A stretch of 64,000 nucleotides of DNA from Octopus sinensis (GCF_006345805.1 NC_043003.1:53134001-53198000), one strand, 5' to 3'. Counted from the stretch's first letter, positions 37,356 through 52,484 are shown. Notes: generated by a model from the sequence alone, not told the origin. A program made the numbers and translations.

Positions 37356-38304
37356 TATATATATACTGATATGTATCTATATACTCGGTACACACGTATA
37401 TAATAAAGAGTAAAAGAATAAATTATAGGTACAGATATATACACACTTAGACGTAAATCTTTAGAAAGTATACCATCGTTCGAATATCAAGTATGTATGT
37501 AAACACACGCCAAAATGCATGGAGACGTACGCCGAAGTTTGTCAAAGATAATGACAGAAATAAGACATCGTTTGACAAAAATGCTGAAATGAGACAGGTG
37601 AAGACATTTACATGTAGAGTTACACACACGTAAATTCAGAAGCACATCTTATTCCTAACATTAATATGCTTAGAAAGTTAGACCAGCAAGTCGAGAAAGA
37701 GTGTAGTAGTAATAGAACGGTCCAATTATGATTTATTTATCACTAAAAACGCATTCGAGTTTGTAAGGGTTGGGGATAAATTTGAATGTATTGATTGTAT
37801 TATTTTATTCATCATCGCTGGTTTTAATTTCAACGAAGTGTGAAATTAGATACTATAAGGCATTTCTAGGTCAGTTCTATTAATTTTAATAACCCCATTG
37901 ACTTAAGTAGTGGCAACAGTGTTAAGACTGAGTTTAGTGAGCGCCATAGAGAGAAGTTGGCTTTTTGTAAGTGGAGGCTGAGATTTGAGTTCAGTTTTCA
38001 ATTGTCGAATTTCAATTCCTTACACCCCTAATGCCATTAGAAAAACCATATACATCGAAATAATCTTGCTCACCATTGTATATTAGCATACCCACCAAGG
38101 ATGTCGACATTAGTGAAAACACTGAAAACGTGCGCCCTTCAAATGAATCTATTTGAATATTTGTTCAACACTTAGTTTCAGATACAAGCAGTCAACAACA
38201 CACTACACTATTGACTGGCTTGTTGATAACCTGTAGCCAACGTTTTTATTACAATATAAAATTATTCTCCCTGATTTTTTTTAGTCGGGTAAGGGTTTAA
38301 TTAG

Positions 38305-38425
38305 TCGATTACATCGGCTACGGTACTCAGTTGCTATTTATTTTATCGATCACAAAACAATGAAAGGCAAAGTCGGCGGAACATGAACTCAGAACATTAA
38401 GAGACGGAAGAAATGCCAGTAACGC
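38305..38425 (-). mobile_element. SINE family B fragment
   Basis: GTCGATTACATCG...TGAAAGGCAAAGTCG...GAACTCAGAAC. Confidence 0.7.
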
Positions 38426-38489
38426 CGTTATAAAATAATTCATTCTACAATAGGTACCGGGACTGAAATTTGGTTGGATAATCAGCTAC

Positions 38490-38643
38490 ATGGTGGCTAT
38501 GTGGTAAGCTTGTTTCCCGATCACAAGGTTGCGGGTTTAGTTCCACAGCGCGGCACCTTCGGAAAGTGTCATCTGCTATAGCCTCGGGCCGACCAAAGCC
38601 TTGTGAGTGGATTTGGTAGACGGAAACTGAAAAAAACCCGTCG

Positions 38644-38709
<66 letters not shown>

Positions 38710-38903
38710 TTGTCCCCCCACCATTGCTTGACAACCGATGTTGGTGTGTTTACATCCCCGAAACTTAGCGGTTCGGCAAAAGAGACCGGTAAAATAAGTA
38801 CTAGGCTTACAAAGAATACCTCTTCGGGTCGATTTGTTCGACTAAAGGCGGTGTTCAAGCATGGCCGCAGTCAAATGAATGAAACAAATAAAAAAGGAAT
38901 AAG
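38490..38903 (+). mobile_element. SINE family A
   Basis: Head, CORE-like segment, internal (TA)n(TG)n and tail. Confidence 0.9.
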
Positions 38904-38919
38904 ATCGATCCTCCCACCC

Positions 38920-39062
38920 AAGTGCTTGACTGATTCTTATTTTATCGCCCCCGAGAGGATGAAAGCCAAAGTCGACCTCGAAGGAATTTGAACTCAGAAC
39001 ATAACGACAGACGAAATGCTGCTAAGTATTTTTGTCCGGCATAGTATCGATTCTACCACCTG
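38920..39062 (-). mobile_element. SINE family B fragment
   Basis: GGATGAAAGCCAAAGTCGACCTCG..GGAATTTGAACTCAGAAC. Confidence 0.8.
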
Positions 39063-39445
39063 GTAGCTATATAGCTTACGTTAAATAAATAGGAAAATAA
39101 AGAATCGAGAGACTACCACAATTCCTTTCTTGTTAAATTATCAAAACTCTTGTTTATGTTATCTGTAATATGGGAGCTTTGCAAAATACTATTTCCTCGC
39201 TGTTCCGTCAATTGTAACATAACCTAATTGTGGTTGATTATAAAAAGTACAGGTTATACTTCAGTTAGCTACTATAATTTGCAAACTTGTGCGCGAAAAC
39301 AAGTGACTGTGGAATCACTCGAAAACTCCATCTGTGCATGATACTCACGAGAGGCTCTCAACGTGGTAAATTAAGGAAACAAAAAAACAGATCTTTTGGC
39401 TATTACTCCAGCAAAGTATATAAATAACTACCTACTATTCTCAAA

Positions 39446-39690
39446 GGTCGAGTGATCGCGGGTTCAAATGTCAGACCGGGCGATATGTGTGTTTATGAGC
39501 GAAACACCTAAGCTCCACACGGCTCCGGCAGAAGGTAATGGCGAACTTCTGCTACTCTTTCGCCACAACTTTTTCTCACTCTTTCCTCCTGTGACGGACC
39601 GGTGTCCCGTCCAAGTGGGGAACCTATACGCCAAGGAAACCGGGAAACCGGCCCTATGCTCCACAAGGGGAAAAAAGGATTAAGAAGAAG
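39446..39690 (+). mobile_element. SINE related to family C (shared tail, different middle)
   Basis: GGTTCAAAT B-box; tail CCTGTGACGGACCGGTGTCCCGTCCA...GAAACCGGGAAACCGGCC as in the 12172 element. Confidence 0.75.
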
Positions 39691-39743
39691 AAAAATTCTC
39701 AAAGGATATTCGTCTGTTTCCTAATCTGATAAAAACGTTAGTT

Positions 39744-40060
39744 ATGGCTGTGTAGTGAAGAAGTTTGCACGCCGGGCGAAATGCTTAGCAGTATCTCGTC
39801 TGCCGCTATGTTCTGAGTTCAAATTCCGCTGAGGTCGACTTTGCCGTTCATCCTTTCGAGGTTGATTAAATAAGTACCAGTTACGCACTGGGTTGATATA
39901 ATCGACTTAATCCGCTTGTCTTTCCTTGTTTGTCCTCTCTGTGTTTAGCCCCTTGTGGGTAGTAAAGAAATAGGTATTTCGCCTGCCGCTACGTTCTGAG
40001 TTCAAATTCCGCAGAAGTCGCCTTTGCCTTTCGTCCTTTCGAGGTCGATTAAATAAGTAT
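39744..40060 (+). mobile_element. SINE family B with tandem partial repeat, preceded by a family-A-like head
   Basis: ATGGCTGTGTAGTGAAGAAGTTTGC joined to ACGCCGGGCGAAATGC; body segment repeats from 39975. Confidence 0.8.
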
Positions 40061-40211
40061 GCTTTTCCATTTACTAGTTATAAATACCAACCCGTTGTGA
40101 TTTTGGATATCTACAAAATAACGGCAAAATAAATATCTCTTTACAACTTCAATCGCTGTTCTTCCATCTTTCACATCTTACAACATGCCGTTGCAATACC
40201 GCTTTGCCGTT

Positions 40212-40277
<66 letters not shown>

Positions 40278-40377
40278 ACACACACATATATATATATATA
40301 TATTATTTATATATATACACATTCATACATACATATTATTATTATATCTGCCGCTACGTTCTGAGTTCAAATTCCAC

Positions 40378-40530
40378 TGGTTGGAACCGCTCGAATACTC
40401 TGGATGGTGCTCGAAAAATATAGAGTATTACCTTAGTCCTCTGGTAGTGAACAGCTGGCACCATAGTACATCTCCAGCGTTAGAAACTATACAAAGACGA
40501 CAACAACAACAACAACAATAATAATGATTA

Positions 40531-40570
<40 letters not shown>

Positions 40571-40760
40571 AATAACAATAACAATAATAATAATAGTAAT
40601 AATAATAATGATGATGATGATGATGATGATGATAATGATGATGATTATGATAATGATGATGATGATGATTTGTTCCATGCACTTCTCAAGATTTTTACTC
40701 ACTGTTCCCAGGGTTTCGGTACTACTACAACCTTCTTCATCGACCACAACTGCTTAACTT
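40378..40760. mobile_element. Two Dong/R4-type 3' fragments in opposite orientation around a (CAA/TAA/GAT)n tract
   Basis: 40381-40500 (+) GTARILWMVLEK and 3' UTR; 40668-40760 (-) LGTVSKNLEKCMEQI; same family as 49345-49540. Confidence 0.75.
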
Positions 40761-41579
40761 CCTAGAATATTTATCGTTGCTCTTTGTTATATTGTTAATA
40801 TATTCCCATGAAGGGTCTAATTTTTGTATCATACGAATATCGCTAAAATATGGAGGAGAAATATATTGACTTCGATTTATTTAGCTGTACACCCTTCTGA
40901 GACAAGTGAAACATAGTGCCTCCATTGAAAGCTCAATGATTAAGACGATGTCTCGTTTAGTTCGGAAAGGAAACAAAAATGGTGTTTGATCAAATGAGAG
41001 AAAATTACAGAAGAGAAGATGCGTATCTTTAGTTCAGGAGTAGTCCATATCATAGCGATTTAATTGAAACGGATACGTTGATGTTGATAACAGTATTGAA
41101 TAAATCTTTCTATATATCAGCAAAGTAATTAACATGATAATACATCGCATATCTTAACGATGTAATTACCATACTACACAATGACATCTAGTAATGTAAT
41201 TAAGAGAGAAATACATCCGATTTGATAAGCAAATGTTTAATTCCAAATGCAGATATCATCGCCCATGTAATCAGAGTATAACAATGTATGCTATGTGTGA
41301 ACAAATACGCATTGATTAGAATATATGAAAAAGGCCTTTGATAGTCATAACAGCAAAACATTGGGCTCAGAAGACTATTTTACAATATCCAAATATTCTG
41401 ATAGAGAACAGTAAACACTGATTTCTTATAAAATAGGTATGCAATACGGCTGATCACAAGCTTATGAAAAGTGATCAAAATGCGAAGTGCTAAACTTTTT
41501 CACCTTCTTCGTAATTTTTCAACTCGTTCTTCAGTCAACCTTTTCCCTTTCTGATATATTTCTATCTCTATTTGATCCT

Positions 41580-42800
41580 TACTAAAAATGCACCATCCTC
41601 TATTTCCTGCTCACTCGTGTCCACTGCCTCTGCAGCCACAACTTTCACTTTAAAACCAGACTCAAAATTGTTAGCCTGTGCCATTGGTTGCACTTCAACC
41701 TTTATATCCTGCGTCCACATCTACCTCTGCCACCCTGGCCCCACAGTGCTTTATATTCTCCATATCTCCCACCGACACCAGTCTGACTCTGCTATCTCTC
41801 GTTTATTCTTTCTCTTCTCTATTCTCTCCTCTAAGCGTAGCAGCATTCTACGCAAGCTTCCTCGTTCTACTCACATCCTATATCCTCCAGGAACCTTACC
41901 CTGCTTCTTTCATCGCTGCCACAACTGCCCTTTCCTTTCCTACAAGACCACTCTCATCGAATAGAAGCACTATGCCTTCACATTAGAAACTCTTGCCGAT
42001 ACACCTGCGGTTCCCTTTGTATATATTCCCTCTGCAGTTTGCTTTACTTCGGGCGAAACGGCCGTCGACTGTTCGACAGGTTCGCGGATGCCAAGAACAT
42101 CCAATTTCGCACCGGTTTACCTGACGTTTTCTTGTCGCTGACCACTCTATCCAACAGCTCACGGTCTTCAACTTGGCCTCCAACACACGATCCAGCACAA
42201 CTTCCCTTCACGGGGAACAGAACCTCATCTTCTCTTTCAAAATGAGCTCACTCTTCAGTCTATATTCAACTACTCGCTTTTTTTCTAAATTACACTTTAC
42301 TCCCACCTGCTCCAGAATTACGTACCTATTCCAATTGGAGCCTCTCCTCGCATCCCTATTCACAAACACTCTGTCCTCCAGCATTACCAGTATTTTATTC
42401 CTCACAACACCCACACGCCCACCACATTAATGCTACTTCCACATACATTTCGATTATCTCTCCCTCACACATTCACACCTCTATTTACCCACCATGTTCC
42501 CTATTTTACTCAGACGCAAGTATGTTGACAACTCATAACCTCACAACTATTTTTACATGCACAAACTTACACACTTACATACACATACACACATGCATAT
42601 TCACATGCACTCTCATACATACTTCCTCAACTCCTCACTTGAACATGCATATACAAAACACACTCACACACACACACACACACACACACAAACTCTTACT
42701 CGCACACGTATTCTTCTAAATTCAGGAGCTCCTGTTTTGGATGAAACCTTCGAATCACACTTTTCTTCTCACCCTTCCACCTGTCGCTTCTGCTTTGCCG
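41580..42800 (+). mobile_element. Penelope-like element (Neptune-type) remnant: linker, Zn motif, GIY-YIG endonuclease and 3' tract
   Basis: PGTLPCFFHRCHNCPFL; LYFGRNGRRLFDRFAD; EQNLIFSF; homologous to the 50514 remnant. Confidence 0.8.
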
Positions 42801-42844
42801 CTACTCATGAATGTATGCATACATGATTACATACATGTGTGAGT

Positions 42845-43154
<310 letters not shown>

Positions 43155-46100
43155 TCGTGAAGTACCTGGCAATGGTCGAGTATTGAAAGAGAACTTGTAT
43201 ATACGTGTACGCGCGCACAAACACACACATATATATACAGATAGATAGCTAATGTTGCTGCCAGGATTTGAAAAATAGAGCAGATTTTTCCCCCCTTATT
43301 TTGTGATTTAGGGAGATTTTTGAAAAACAAGGGGGTATTCGCGTCGGTGTTCAGTGGACAAATTAAACACACTACCCGGCAGTGGCTAAAACGCGAACCG
43401 ATCAATTTTATGTATAAATATTCTTTGTATATGTTTGTTTCCTTTTACACAATATTACAACAACTGCTAAAAGTTTTCTGCAGCATCACCCCCACTAATT
43501 TTTATCTACGAGCCGCCACTGTATAGACATCTATATTAATACAATAAGCAAATTTTGCTTTGTCTGCTTTACTTGTTGCATGAGTACAATAAGTGCATCC
43601 TAGAACTTATTATTATAAGTGCATCCTAGAGTTTATTATTACAGTAATGTGACACCTTTTTCATAGCTCCAGATGAACGTACACGTCAGCTATTATTGCA
43701 ATTTTAATGTTGTGGTATCTAAGGGGTTCTATACTTGGAAACAGGTTTTGCAATTCAGATTGCTCGATGATAATTCTATATCGATATTCTATCAATTTTA
43801 TAATTATTTATTGGTTTCATCGTCGTTGTTGATTATATCGTTGTAGTTGTATATCTCCAAGTAAGTCCTACTGGAGCAAACTTTTGGTTATAAAAATAGT
43901 TAACTTGAAGTAGTGACAGTTTTATTATTTCGTATACCAGGAACAACGTTCTGTTAACTAATATAACCGACATTTTTCAAGCTGTTTGATTTGAAGATCT
44001 ATTCAAAGGGAATAGTTTTGCTACCGACTCATTATATGGATGATGCACAGCTATCATCACCAGCACTTTCCCCATTTCTCTTCAGGTGCGTCTTTCAATT
44101 TCCATCTCCCAGAAAAACATAGTCTGACGTCATTCTAATGTATTCTTAAGACTTTCTGTTACTAACACCAGTACTGTAACAAATTCATTAGGTTCTACTT
44201 TTTGATAATACTGCTTCATATCAACTTTCTGTCTTACCTCATTCATCAAATTTCTTGACAGACAGCAAGGTATGATTTGAGAGAAATTCGGCTGATATTT
44301 AACAAAATAAATGATATTGAAACTTCCCTCTGGAAAGCAAAAACAACGAATAATTTCTAACATTTAACGTTGGATATACAAACAGATAATTCAAAGTCCG
44401 TGGTCAAGACCACTTTTATAAGCGCTGTGTACGCAATACTATAATATCCAACGTGATATTTTAAAGATGGTCGGGTGCAATTAAATTTTTTATTGGTTGA
44501 TATATCTATCGTATAGAGCAACACGTTGCAAATAACTTAGCTGGCTCATCAGTTATATTCCTAATATGATGAAAACAGAAAATTTCATATTTTCGCAGAA
44601 ATAGAATTGCGAGATAGATATGTTTACCTGTAATCTTTCATGTCAAGATATAGACTACATGTCCTGATAGAGTATTTTTTATTATCATATATTAGAGCGA
44701 AGACTCGCATTTGCAGAACAGGTGTTCAATTTGATTGATTAGAACTCAATAAATGGTTGATATTTATATTTTTAATCCAGGATAAATGAAAGGTAGGTTC
44801 GTCACAAGAAGCATTTAAACTCTGATCTTAGAAAAGTGTAGTCTACTATTCTAATATCTCCGATTAGTTTGATTGCTGGTTTCTAATTTATTAAGGATTA
44901 TTGTACAGATTTTCTTCAATAGAATTTATAGAATGATACTTTGATAAAGTAAAATTTACTTTTTTTTATATAGGGTACATTGTAAAAAACAATATATATA
45001 CTTTCATGCAGATAATGAAATTGTATAAAATCATTTTCTAGAATCAACAGTGAGGTTTTGGAAAATTACAATACACTATGGAGCTGGTAACAGCAAGTGA
45101 ATGTGTTATCCACTTCTAACGCCTTTCTGGATATTAACAAACAGGAAGTGAGTGAAAAGAGATGGAAAGAAAGAGAACTTGAGAGAGAAACGGGAGAAAG
45201 AGAGTTGGAAGAGGGAGAACAACCGAAGAGTTTGTATTAAGTGTGATGTTAGAGAAATGCATTAATAGCTTTATGGTGGAATCTAAAAAGAAATTATCCA
45301 ATCGGTATTAACGTCGAGTGCAGTGCAAACAGTTGAAAGTAACAGTCAATTAACTAACAACACACAGATGTCAGTTGGTATCAAATGCAGCGTAATAAGA
45401 TGCCTTAGTTAACTTTTGCATTTTGACCATTTGACAAATTGAAAGGCATAGCTTGCATTCAGTGAAAATAAAATAAAATATATTAAATACAAACAATTAC
45501 AAGTGTTTTCTCTGTCAGAGACGACTTTGCAATGAAATGTTGTACAATGGGATAAGTTACTCGTAACTGAAAGCAAGAATAATGTCTGCAGTCACCTAAA
45601 TAGACATATCAACATAGAGTTATCGACGTACAAAGTCATACAGTTAGGTACAAAAGCTTGTATAAATAGCTTTTGTTTAAACTTTTTAAATTTCCAAAAT
45701 AATTTACTCGGAGTTACGAAATCAGAAAAGGAATTTTCAGACTTTCTTAAAAACATACATGGAGTATTATTTTGGTAATAGTATATTACCATGTCCGACG
45801 ACTCACTTTCAAAATGTGCACAAAACTTTCATTAAAGGAATTTAATTAAATGCTAGATTTTAGTTCAGCTATATATATATATATTTCTTTTGCGGGAGGT
45901 GGGGGTTACCTTGAGTGAGTTAACTTACTATTCCCAAATGAAAGTATAAAATCATTATTGTTGCTGTTTTGCCCTAGGCCAACCCTTATCGAACAAAATT
46001 ATTCGAGTCAGGACGATGCTATGTTTTACATTAACTGTGAGGTATGATTTGAGCGAGAATTGATTTTTATTTGCAGCAGTTTGACCACAAGAAGGCTTCA

Positions 46101-46661
46101 TTATTCTCGTTGTTTAGCTCTCTGATCGAGCAGGTAGAGTGCCTTTGATCATAGATCAAAGGCACTCTAACTGCTTTTTTCCATATACAAGAAGCACACT
46201 CGAACATATACAGTGTGTCCATTTCTGTGATGGTAAGGTTGCAATTTGAGTGATATTTGGCTACTATTTGTAGCTGGTCGAACGACAACATAGAAGTCCC
46301 CTCATTGTAAAATATTAAAACTGTTACCCCGAAGCTGATGCTACATTGTAATTTCAATCTTCGGTTAAATTGCATCATTTCTCTTATACTCCTTAAGTCT
46401 TTGGAAAATATATATCACAAATTCCTATTTAAAGACGGTAACAGAAACGATAATCTCCAGAGCAAAAGGACAAATGCTTCAAGGCATTGTGTTGCACTTT
46501 CTATTAGTCAAATTTTAAAGTCAAGTTTCCCTTTTATTTTGTTGAGGTCAATTAATTGAATACTAGTAATATATTGGGTTATATCAGATGTACTCAATAT
46601 TTACAAGAAAGTAAATGTTTATTTAAGAAAGACGTATGGCTCATGAAATTCAACGTTTATA

Positions 46662-47557
46662 CAGGGTGTTCGGTGTTTTATGTCTCCTTTTTTTTTCTAG
46701 AACAGCTTGTTGTATTGGTGAACTGTCAACGGCATTGGGAAGCATAAAGATTAAAGTTGTAATTGAGAAAATGTTAGCTGACTTGGAGGACTGAAAGTCA
46801 TCTGAATATTAGAAAAGAATTACCAGTATCTTGAGGATTCGCACCGCGTGTCAAAATGCCTGCATCGTTACTACTACTCAATGCTTTTTGAACATTGCAA
46901 AATCTGTAAGACGTGACATGGATAATTGCAACGGAGACTACGAAGCCGTGGCCAGTGGGAAGGGACACAACAGGCATTCTTACTGCGTTCGACGGAATTC
47001 ATCTTTCAACTGATGAACAAGGCCTTAGGCTCAATTCAGACTGTTATTCGAAACTGCTGGAGATCGTGGTCAATCCATCCTTGGCTGGAGACGATTACTG
47101 CTGGAAGGCCATACGTGTGGTAGCAGAATTCAGCTCCTTGCCATACCTCCGAAAAAGTCAGAATTAGTTGTCGGAGAATTTCTATGACTTCACCAACCCC
47201 GATTTCTGGTCTCTTACTTCCTCCGATTGTAATCCTATGGATTATTATGTATAGGGCACGGTTGAGAAAGACACCAACTGCTCTGCTTAAAACATCAAAA
47301 CCGAGCTGGTAACCAAGATCAAAAAAGTGTTCGGCGAGTTTCTTAGAGACATAGTGAGAAGCACATGTCGCCAGGTTCCAGAGCCGTCCTTGATTCATGG
47401 TAGAACAGAGGGCGGCTACTTTGAATAAACTGTTATCTTTCGGCCATAATCTAGTTGATATTTTTTTTGATTTTTTTAAATACGTTTATTTTTAGGTGGG
47501 ATATTGTGTTTTCGTTTCTTTTTACGCAAACTGTCCAAATGTAGCCCGAACACCTTG
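46662..47557 (+). mobile_element. Internally deleted maT/DD37D transposon with both TIRs
   Basis: TA-CAGGGTGTTCGG ... CCGAACACCTTG-TA; GLRLNSDCYSKLLEIVVNP and FWSLTSSDCNPMDYYV motifs. Confidence 0.85.
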
Positions 47558-48589
47558 TATGGACTTGTATTTCTGTTATGATGCACGAATCTATAGGATA
47601 GATCTTAATAGCATTTGTTTATTATGTTAGCGATTTCGATTGTAATGTAGAGATAATTTTATAATTAAGGTTTCCTTTTGAGTATCACTCAAAGTTCTTT
47701 CATTCTTTTAAAGATTTTGATCATATCTTCAATTTTGTTCCATAGTCAGGGCTTTTTGAAACGTAACGTTCGAACGCATATCATGACAACCAGAATCATA
47801 TTATAGATAATCTAATCATATTTAAAATTAAGAACCACTTATTCTTTACCCAAGAGCTGGCCATACTCACGCAAGATACACTTTAGACAAACGATTAGCA
47901 ATCTCATACTTGCAATCTTAGGATTGTTGTATTTTTCCACTTTGCTTCCTAACGAGTATCATAGGAATATGATATTTAAAATTAGTTTTCATTTGGAAGC
48001 ATTTCATTATTCACAACAATGACGTTATGGTAGAATATTTTTTTAAAAAGTGACGTTTTATATATATATTTTTTGTCTTTTATACGTTACTTTTAACACG
48101 ACTGCAGCAAGCTATATAAAAAATCATTGATATCAGGGCGTGATCGACTTAACTGAATTGGATTTACTGTGTCGACTGAAGAGAGCTTCAGCGCTCTAGG
48201 GAGTAAATACTTGATTGGTTGAAGAGAGAAAACCCGTAGTTCCACTGATAACATACAGATAAAGAAAATATTCCTGCATAGTTTTATCAGCTTCCCCCTA
48301 AAGAAAAAAAATAAAAGATATAATCAGCCACATTTAAACAGCCGTTCGAAGAAGACAAGTTAAGAGTAATATCAACAACACTACAACACGCAAGGCACTG
48401 CAGATAAAACACCTGTTCTTTAACTATATCACAATGTTTTAATTCTGATTTTGTACGACGAAATAATAGTATTTTTTTAATATTATCAAAATATTTGCTT
48501 CCCACTCGTTTCTAGCTTCCGTATGATCAATCTGTAAATACTACCTCCCTCTCCCATACCCTCATTACACAATTTATATTACTATATAA

Positions 48590-48591
48590 TA

Positions 48592-48660
<69 letters not shown>

Positions 48661-49286
48661 ATTGTTGTTGTTGTTGTTGTTATTATTATTATTATTGTTA
48701 TTATTATTATCATCATCATTATTATTATTATTGAGTGAGAGAGCAGTGCATGCCATCAAAGTGACACTGGGGTAAAATATACGAAGCCCAATATACCCAT
48801 CATGACTACCCGTCTGATAAAGGTACACCAGGCACATGCATCACAAAACCATATGTGCGCGACATGGTGATCTCATATCAAGATAAACAGCACATGACCT
48901 TGCAGGTGGGGCCCAGTTAGAATTTTCTTCAGATTGAGTAGCCCATCCCGCTCAAACGGTCCTGAATAAGGGTGTTTAAGGATGTTGAAAGAACCACCAT
49001 GTTCCAGAGGTGAACTATTCAAACCCCAAAGAATCCCTCTCAAACATGGCTATGATGCTCCCCCACTACTTCTGCTCGTGATCAGAGATGCACATATTGT
49101 CAGCCACGAAGGGACATGCTCAACTGGTTAAGGTCAAACAAATGACAAGCAAATCTGTGGTATTGAGCAGAATATTTGCTGTAGCCCATCTTTTATACCA
49201 AGACAAAACAATGTACATGATAACACTTCAATCAGTTAAGATCAGAAGCCATGAGAGCCACTGCCTGGTACTGCATATTATTATTA

Positions 49287-49349
<63 letters not shown>

Positions 49350-49562
49350 TGCCTTTGCACAGCTTCTAACGCTGAAGATGTACTACAGTGTCTGCTGTTC
49401 ACAACCAGTGAACTAAGGTAACACCTCTTATTTTTCGAGCACCTTCTGGAGTATTCGAGCGGTTCCAAGCAATGCTGTTTTCTGCAAGTGCCCCATACTT
49501 ATTGTAGCCCCTATTTGTTCCATGTACTTCTCAAGAATTTGTTGTTGTTGTTATTATTATTA

Positions 49563-49639
<77 letters not shown>

Positions 49640-49640
49640 T
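48590..49640 (-). mobile_element. (TTA)n array containing Dong/R4-type LINE 3' ends
   Basis: 49345-49540 minus strand reads LEKYMEQIGATISMGHLQKTALLGTARILQKVLEK*; 48732-49276 is a second insert bounded by (TTA)n, inferred to be a LINE 3' UTR. Confidence 0.75.
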
Positions 49641-50199
49641 TCACTCATTGATCGATTTTTTTATCTCTGATTACTTGTCCGTTCTGCTTTCAAACTAATT
49701 CAAATATAAATATAAGAAATTTATTGGTATTTCCTCTTTTGGACTTGACATATCGTTGAAACACAAATGGTCTGTTCTCAGTGTTTCAACGTAAAATGAT
49801 TTGAAATATTATTTTTTTACACAATAACTCGTTTACATAAACAGCAAACTTCTGATGAGACTTGAAAACAAAATAAAACTAAACCATTCATGTTTATCCC
49901 TGAAATATTAATAGATAAGAGAATTATCCTACACTAAAAATAGCAACTGACTGGAAGATTTCATTTGGTGAGAGCTAACCACTACAATACTATGCACTCT
50001 GCTACAAAATGGTTCTTTGGGGAATTGGACTGACAACCCGGTTCTAAAACCTCTCTTCTACAACACGTTTTCTGAAAGACTAGTTCAAAGATTTCAACTA
50101 CAATATAAGTTAGCTAAGTGACTGCCATTGTAAATCAGTTCTCCGAAAAATGACCATTGTTATATGGTTTTCTCAGACACTCTTACTAAAACGCAATTG

Positions 50200-50916
50200 T
50201 CTAGTGCTAGTGTGTGCGGGGTGGTGTGGTGTGTGGTGTGGTGTGGTATGATGGTGTGTGGTGTGGTGGTGCGTGGTAGTGGTGGTGATGTGGTGTGTGT
50301 GGTGTGGGGGAGGCGAGAGTAGGGGAAGGAAGGGTTGGGGTCTAAGTGATGGAGTGGGATGGGATGGGATGTATAGGGATGGTGGGGTTGGAATGTGTAG
50401 GGGTAGGGTAACGAGGGAGGGGTGACGATGGAGGGAGAGGGTGGAAGGGAGAAGGTGGGTAAGAGTGAAGAGAGGAAGTAGGTGTGAGAGGAAGAGAGGA
50501 GAGAGGAGGAGGATTAGATGAAGAGGTGAGGAGAGTTGAGTCCATGTGGTGCAAAGAAGCGAAGAGAGAAGATTAATATCTACTCACGGCGAAGACGGGA
50601 GTCCAGATGGCCCCTGTGTAAGGATAATCCGAACACAGACAGGTGTTGTAAAGAGTGACCGGTAGAGTGGAAATTGCGCGAGATCGGGGTGTCGTTACCG
50701 AGTCTGATGTCTCGGAGGTGTTCCAAGAACCGGTCAGCCAAGCGGCGTCCCGTTTGACCGATGTATAGGGAGGTACAGAGAGAACAGGAGATGCAGCAGC
50801 TGACGTTGCTAGAAGTGCAGGTGAAGGAGTCAGTGATATGATAGGGTCGATGATGGGTGCCTGTGAGGAGGGTGGTGTTGGAGAGGTAAGGGCAACTGCG
50901 ACAGCATGGGCGGATG
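50200..50916 (-). mobile_element. Penelope-like element 3' part: GIY-YIG endonuclease pseudogene (50514-50914) plus 3' tract
   Basis: RPCCRSCPYL...DSFTCTSSNVSCCISCSLCTSLYIGQTGRRLADRFLEHLRDIR...RRE*ILIFSLRFFAPHGLN. Confidence 0.92.
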
Positions 50917-50964
50917 TATGTATGTATGTAAAATTTCTGTCTTATAATAAGGGCAGTAAAGAAA

Positions 50965-51145
50965 GAATTAGTAGAGCACTTAACAAAATATTCGCTTTTG
51001 CATTCTCAGTTTAAATTCCACAGATGACGATTTCACCTTTCGTCCTTCCAGAAGTATCAAGCAAAACCTTTACGAGTACTGGGAGGAAATTTATTTGACT
51101 GCAACTTACCTCAAATTACAAGGTCAGTGCCTAAGATAGAAATAA
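50965..51145 (+). mobile_element. Old SINE family B copy
   Basis: TTCTCAGTTTAAATTCC...TTTCACCTTTCGTCCTTCC...GTGCCTAAGATAGAAA. Confidence 0.6.
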
Positions 51146-52024
51146 CGATTATTATAATGGTGGACGATGACAGAATCAGTAATTATCGCCCTTTAAGTCA
51201 GCGAGATAACGTGTTCACTTTTGAAGGACTTTGAACAATATCTGCGTAGCACCAAACAAGCAAGAATAATAAACACACAAAATATTTGTTAAAATCTTTG
51301 AAACTGAATTCAAATATTAAGTGCGGTATCGTTTACGTCTCATACGAGAAACTTAGGAAATATTAATTAGATTGGGGTTCACACGTCTGATATTCTTACA
51401 TTTCTGTGATAAAGAAAACTGTACCAGTCAATACTAAACAAACAACCGTTTATTTAGTAAAAATATGACAGATTTATTATAAAAGGGTGGAATGGAGTTT
51501 AGTGTGAAAATAAATGATATACGAAGAGAATCATTCTCACTTTAAAAATGACAAACTATTGTAAAGAAAATATTGATATAAAATAAAACTTATATGCCTT
51601 TTGAATGTATTCTGACTACGTAAGTTAATCGATCTGGAATTTATTTCACCGGCTTTAGACACTTAACGTTATCATGTGGAGCAGAAAGATTTATGGGTTT
51701 GTAACTTATCCGTTGTTTACATTTGGATATTCATGTTAGTTTTTATCGTTCGCTGATAAGTGATTATCGCCCTTTTAGTAGAGAAATACTCACAGCAATC
51801 TGCAGAGATTTATTAATACATACACATACATACACTTACAATTACTTACATATAGGCTTGATAATGTAGACACACGTACATATTATACGTGCGTGTGTGT
51901 ATGTGTGTCCACGAGTTCGTGCATGTGTGAGTGTGCGCGTCAATTCCTTCATTCGCACGCGCGCATACACACATAAACACAAACGCACACACATATATTT
52001 ATAAACATATATAAATATGTATCA

Positions 52025-52392
52025 TCTACTTGTTTCAGTTATCACACCGCAGCCACGCTGGGACACCATCCTGACGAATTTTTCGTCGAGAGGATCGACG
52101 CTAGTACTTGCTTTTTCCAAGACAGGCACTTATTTTATCTGTCTCATTTGCTATTTTACGAGGATGTAAACACACCATGGTGAGGGACAAACACAGACAC
52201 AAAGCACACGCATATATATATATGGGGGGGGTACTCTGTGTTTGTCCTCCCACCATCGCTTGTCAACTTATGTTGGTCCGTTCGCATCCCCGTACCTTAG
52301 CGGTTCGGTAAAAGCGACCGCTAGAATAAATACTAGGCTTACAAAGAATAAGTCCCGGGGTCGATTTGTTCGACGAAGAGCTTCTTTCAGTT
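52025..52392. mobile_element. Rearranged SINE family A 3' halves in opposite orientations
   Basis: 52028-52205 tail on minus strand, 52235-52375 tail on plus strand. Confidence 0.75.
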
Positions 52393-52484
52393 TTATATAT
52401 ATATATATGTATAAATTTATAAATTTTTTGCGTAATAAGATAAAAAAACCAAGGCTGTATAGATATTAGAGCATTTATAGATAG

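Noticed and set aside
44151-44269. Possible S/T-rich exon with AG/GT borders
   Set aside because: Stops in all three frames unless a homopolymer error is assumed; no homology recognised
48176-48210. CTGAAGA-GAGC..GCTC hammerhead-like start
   Set aside because: No GAAA, stem III or stem I follows
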